From positions 15,998,001 through 16,062,000 of the forward strand of contig CM059433.1 in the NCBI GenBank assembly GCA_030390025.1: a DNA stretch of 64,000 nt. Direction: 5' to 3'. Made by a program: the position numbers and the translations under genes. The notes below the pieces were generated by a model. The model did no database searches, had not been told where the DNA came from, and was given only the letters and a program-made list of their open reading frames with translations. This DNA is from Squalus acanthias. Lineage: Eukaryota. Positions 60,124-64,000 of this stretch are shown here, piece by piece (within the stretch, counting starts at the first letter, position 1; each line of letters starts with the position of its first letter).

Positions 60124-61048
60124 AAAGTTAAACCATCAGTGAGTACATTGTAGCTCTTAAAAACCTGTCTTTGCATTGTAACTTTGGCACATTTTTGGAT
60201 TGTGCGTTGTGAGATAAGTTTGTGTGTGGACTGGTGGATGAGCGCACACAGTCCAAGTTACTGAACACTCCGAACCTAACGTTTGACATAGCATGCAAAA
60301 TTGCCCTATCCATGGAGATGGCATCTAAGAATGCTAGGGAGCTCCGTCCAACTCAAGTGACTAGTGCAGCTGAGGTCTACAGTCACAAAGCCACCGCCAA
60401 ACCTAAAGCTGTGAGACCAAGTCAAAAGCATATCGGTGAGAGCAGTTCAGTGAATTGTTATCGCTGCGATGGAAATTACTCACCACAGACCTCTCAATAC
60501 AGAAATGCGAAGTGTTTTCGCTGCCAGAAGCAAGGCCATATTTCAACAGCTTGCAGAGCTAGATTGAAAGCAGGAAGTAAGAACCATTCGAGTGGCAATG
60601 CAAAGCAGCGACAACAAAAGGGAGGAATTCACAATATTGAAGTGAACACACCTGATGTTGAAGAACTAGGCATCTACAGTATCTATGCCACTAGCGGCAG
60701 CGCTAGTAGTCGTGAGAAAGACTTCAGTACAAAACTTTTGATCAATGACCAAAATATTGATATGTGTATCTTGATACTGCTCAATCATGAGTAAGGACAC
60801 ATATGAGAGTAAGTTTAATCAAAAACCACTTACAAAGAGTACCGTAGAGTAAAAAACCTACTCCGGAGAAATCCTAGAGACATGTGGACAAATGGAATGT
60901 CTAGTTCAACACAACGGCCAGTCAGTAAAGCTGCCTAATATTGTAGTGAGCTACAACAACAGGCCAACCCTCATGGGCAAAGACTGGTTGACAAAAGGTG
61001 AAACTAGACTGGAAAAACATCTTCAGTGTATCTACAGCATTCTACAGA

Positions 61049-64000
61049 TGCCGGAGCTGAGCGGCGGACCTGCGGCAGGCACAGAGTCAGCGAGAGGAGG
61101 ATAAAAAGAGCGCGGAGAGGAGGCCTGGGACCGGAGCTCAGCGGCGGACCTGCAAGAGGCACAGAGTCAGCGAGAGGAGGATAAAAAGAGCGCAGAGAGG
61201 AGGCTTGGAACCGGAGCTGAGCGGCGGACCTGCGAGAGGCACAGAGTCAGCGAGAGGAGAGAGAGAAGTAAAAAGTAATCGAAGTGTGACGTCACCAGAA
61301 AGCAGGTAAGTGATTGGTAGGTGAGTATTTTTCTCTTTCTCGCTTTTTTCCAAACTTAATTTTTGTGGTTTATAATTTCTACGGTCTCTGTTGTGTAGCG
61401 GGGAGTGCTGGTAAACAAGGGCCCTTGAGTATATCATTTAATTGTAGTGTAATTAGTGGTATTGATTTGATTTAATTTAATTTGAATTAATTAAAGGGTA
61501 AGTCATGGCAGCACAGCTCGGCCCCGTGGCATGCTCCTCCTGCACTATGTGGGAAATCAGGGACACTTCCTGTGTCCCTAACGACCATGTGTGCGGGAAG
61601 TGAATCCAGCTACAGCTACTGACAGACCGCATTGCGGTGCTGGAGCTGCGAATGGATACATACAGGAGCATTCACAATGCTGAGCACATCGTGGATAACA
61701 CGTTTAGGGAGTTGGCCACACCGCAGGTAAAGGCTGCACAGGCAGGAAGGGAATGGGTGACCACCAGGCAGAGGAGTAGGCGCAGGCAGGTAGTCCCCTG
61801 TGGTCATCCCCCTTTCAAACAGATATACCACTTTGGATATTGTTGAGGGGGATGGCTTATCGGGGGAAGGCAGCAGCAGCCAACTTCCTGGCACCATGGG
61901 TGGTCCTGCGTCACAGGACGGGAGGAAAAAAAGCGGGAGAGCTATAGTGATAGGGGATTCTATTGTAAGGGGAATAGATAGGCATTTCTGCGGTCGCAAA
62001 CGAGACTCCAGGATGGTATGTTGCCTCCCTGGTGCAAGGGTCAAGGATGTCTCGGAGCGGCTGCAGGGCATTCTGGAGGGGGACGGGTGAACAGCCAGTT
62101 GTCGTGGTGCATATAGGTACCAACGATATAGGTAAAAAACGGGATGAGGTCCTAAAAGCTGAAGATAGGGAGTTAGGAGGTAAATTAAAAAATAGGACCT
62201 CAAAAGTAGTAATCTCAGGATTGCTACCAGTGCCAAGTGCTAGTCAGAGTAGAAATAGAAGGATATTTCAGATGAATATGTGGCTAGAGGAATGGTGCAA
62301 GGGGGAGGGATTCAAATTCCTGGGACATTGGAACCGGTTCTGGGGGTTGTGGGACCAGTACAAACCAGACGGTTTGCACCTGGACGAGACCGGAACCGAT
62401 GTCCTAGGGGGAGTGTTTGCTAGTGCTGTTGGGGAGGGTTTAAACTAAAATGGCAGGGGGTTGGGAACCTGTGCAAGGAAACAGAGGAAAGGGAAGCAAG
62501 GATAGAAACAAAAGACAGGAAGGAGAAAAGCGAAAGTGGAAGGCAGAGAAATCAAGGGTGTAAATCAAACAGGGCCACAGTAAATAATAATTCTAAAAGG
62601 GTTAAGAGTGTTAAAAAATCAAGCCTGAAGGTTTTGTGTCTTAATGCAAGGAGCATTCATAATAAGGTGGATGAATTAGCTGCGCAAATAGATGTAAACG
62701 GATGTGATATAATTGGGATTACGGAGACATGGCTCCAGGATGACCAAGTCTGGGAATTCAACATCCAGGGGTATTCAATATTCAGGAAGGACAGGAAAAA
62801 AGGAAAAGGAGGTGAGGTAGCATTGGTGGTTAAAGAGGAGATTAACACAATAGTAAGGAAGGATATTAGCTCTGATGATGTGGAATCTGTATGGGCAGAG
62901 CTGAGAAATACCAAGGGGCAGAAAACGTTAGTGGGAGTTGTATACAGACACCCAAACAGTAATGCTGAGGTTGGGGATGGCATTAAACGGGAAATTAGAG
63001 ACGCGTGCAATAAGGGCACAGCAGTTATCATGGGTGACTTTAATCTAGATATAGATTGGGCTAACCAAATTAGTAACAATACTGTGGAGGAGGAATTCCT
63101 AGAGTGTATACGGGATGGTTTCCTGGACCAATATGTCGAGGAACCAACTAGAGATCAGGCTATCCTACACTGGGTATTATGTAATGAGAAAGGATTAATT
63201 AGCAATCTTGTTGTGCGAGGCCCCTTGGGGAGAGTGATCATAATATGATAGAATTCTTCATTAAGAAGGAGAGTGAATTAGTTGACTCAGAGACTAGAGT
63301 CCTGAATTTAAATAAATGAAACTATGATGTTATGAGGCACGAGTTGGCTAGGATGGATTGGGGAACGTTACTTGAAGGGTTGACGGTGGATAGGCAATGG
63401 CAAACATTTAAAGATCGCATGGATGAACCACAGAATTTGTTCATCCCTGTTTGGCATAAAAATAAAACAAAAAAGGTGACTCAACCGTGGCTAACAAGGA
63501 AATTAGGGATAGCATAAGATCCAAGGAGAGGGCATATAATTTGGCCAGAAAAAGCAGCAAACCTGAGGATTGGGAGCAGTTTAGGATTCAGCAAAGGAGG
63601 ACAAAGGGATTAATTAAGAGGGGGGAAATAGATTATGAGAGTAAGCTTGCAGGGAACATAAAAACTGACTGTAAAAGCTTCTATAGATATGTGAAGAGAA
63701 AAAGATGAGTGAAGTCAAGTGTAGGTCCCTTGCAGTCAGAATCAGGGGGATTTATAATGGGGAACAAAGAAATGGCAGACCAATTAAATACATATTTTGG
63801 TTCTGTCTTCACAAAGGAGGACACAAATAAACTCCCAGAGATGTCGGGGAACATAGGGTCAAATGAGAGGGAGGAATTGAATGAAATCAGTATTTGTAGG
63901 GAAATGGTGTTAGGGAAATTGATGGGATTGAAGGCCGATAAATCCCCAGAGCCTGATAATCTACATCCTAGGGTACTTAAGGAAGTGGCCCTAGAAATAG
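61049..64000 (+). mobile_element. CR1 subfamily A, copy 3 (5' UTR, ORF1 61505-62448, ORF2 start; runs off the window)
   Basis: Collinear with 10034-12675 from 61355 onward. Confidence 0.95.
61051..61262 (+). repeat. 80-bp tandem monomers (about 2.6 copies) in the CR1 5' UTR
   Basis: ccggagct(g/c)agcggcggacctgc begins at 61051, 61131 and 61211. Confidence 0.92.

Larger units (their letters stand above)
58447..61048 (+). mobile_element. Gypsy LTR retrotransposon 5' part (LTR, gag, protease remnant); same family as 40595-43258
   Basis: TGTT start; gag CYRCDGNY / CFRCQKQGH zinc knuckles; PTLMGKDWL protease end. Confidence 0.88.

Noticed and set aside
61051..61262. CRISPR-like array
   Set aside because: Whole 80-bp units repeat with no unique spacers; eukaryotic LINE 5' UTR

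Overview
Eukaryotic, almost entirely transposon-derived DNA. The repeat families (CR1 with SGNH-esterase ORF1, L2, Deu- and Meta-domain SINEs, Penelope-like elements, Vingi-like LINEs, Gypsy, many PIF/Harbinger elements and MITEs, hAT MITEs) point to a cartilaginous-fish (shark) intron or intergenic region; this taxon call is inferred from repeat content. I could not identify a host protein-coding exon. The elements are deeply nested, and several junctions can be rebuilt from target-site duplications (TSDs). Main observations: (1) two separate CR1 insertions 51 kb apart share an in-frame TGA at the fourth Cys of the ORF1 CxxC...CxxC motif, and the subfamily also carries FPDD at the RT active site; (2) those two CR1 copies have different 5' promoter modules; (3) an ORF1-less LINE begins with a MetaSINE-like domain; (4) both Gypsy copies are broken at the same gag position by different events; (5) a hAT element with two right ends brackets 1.1 kb of cargo; (6) a two-gene Harbinger (transposase with intact DDE triad plus a spliced Myb/SANT gene) can be reassembled; (7) a Penelope-type minimal hammerhead ribozyme is present; (8) Harbinger MITEs carry subterminal hairpins with different stem sequences but conserved pairing. 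Family names were assigned by eye, and coordinates without a TSD are approximate.
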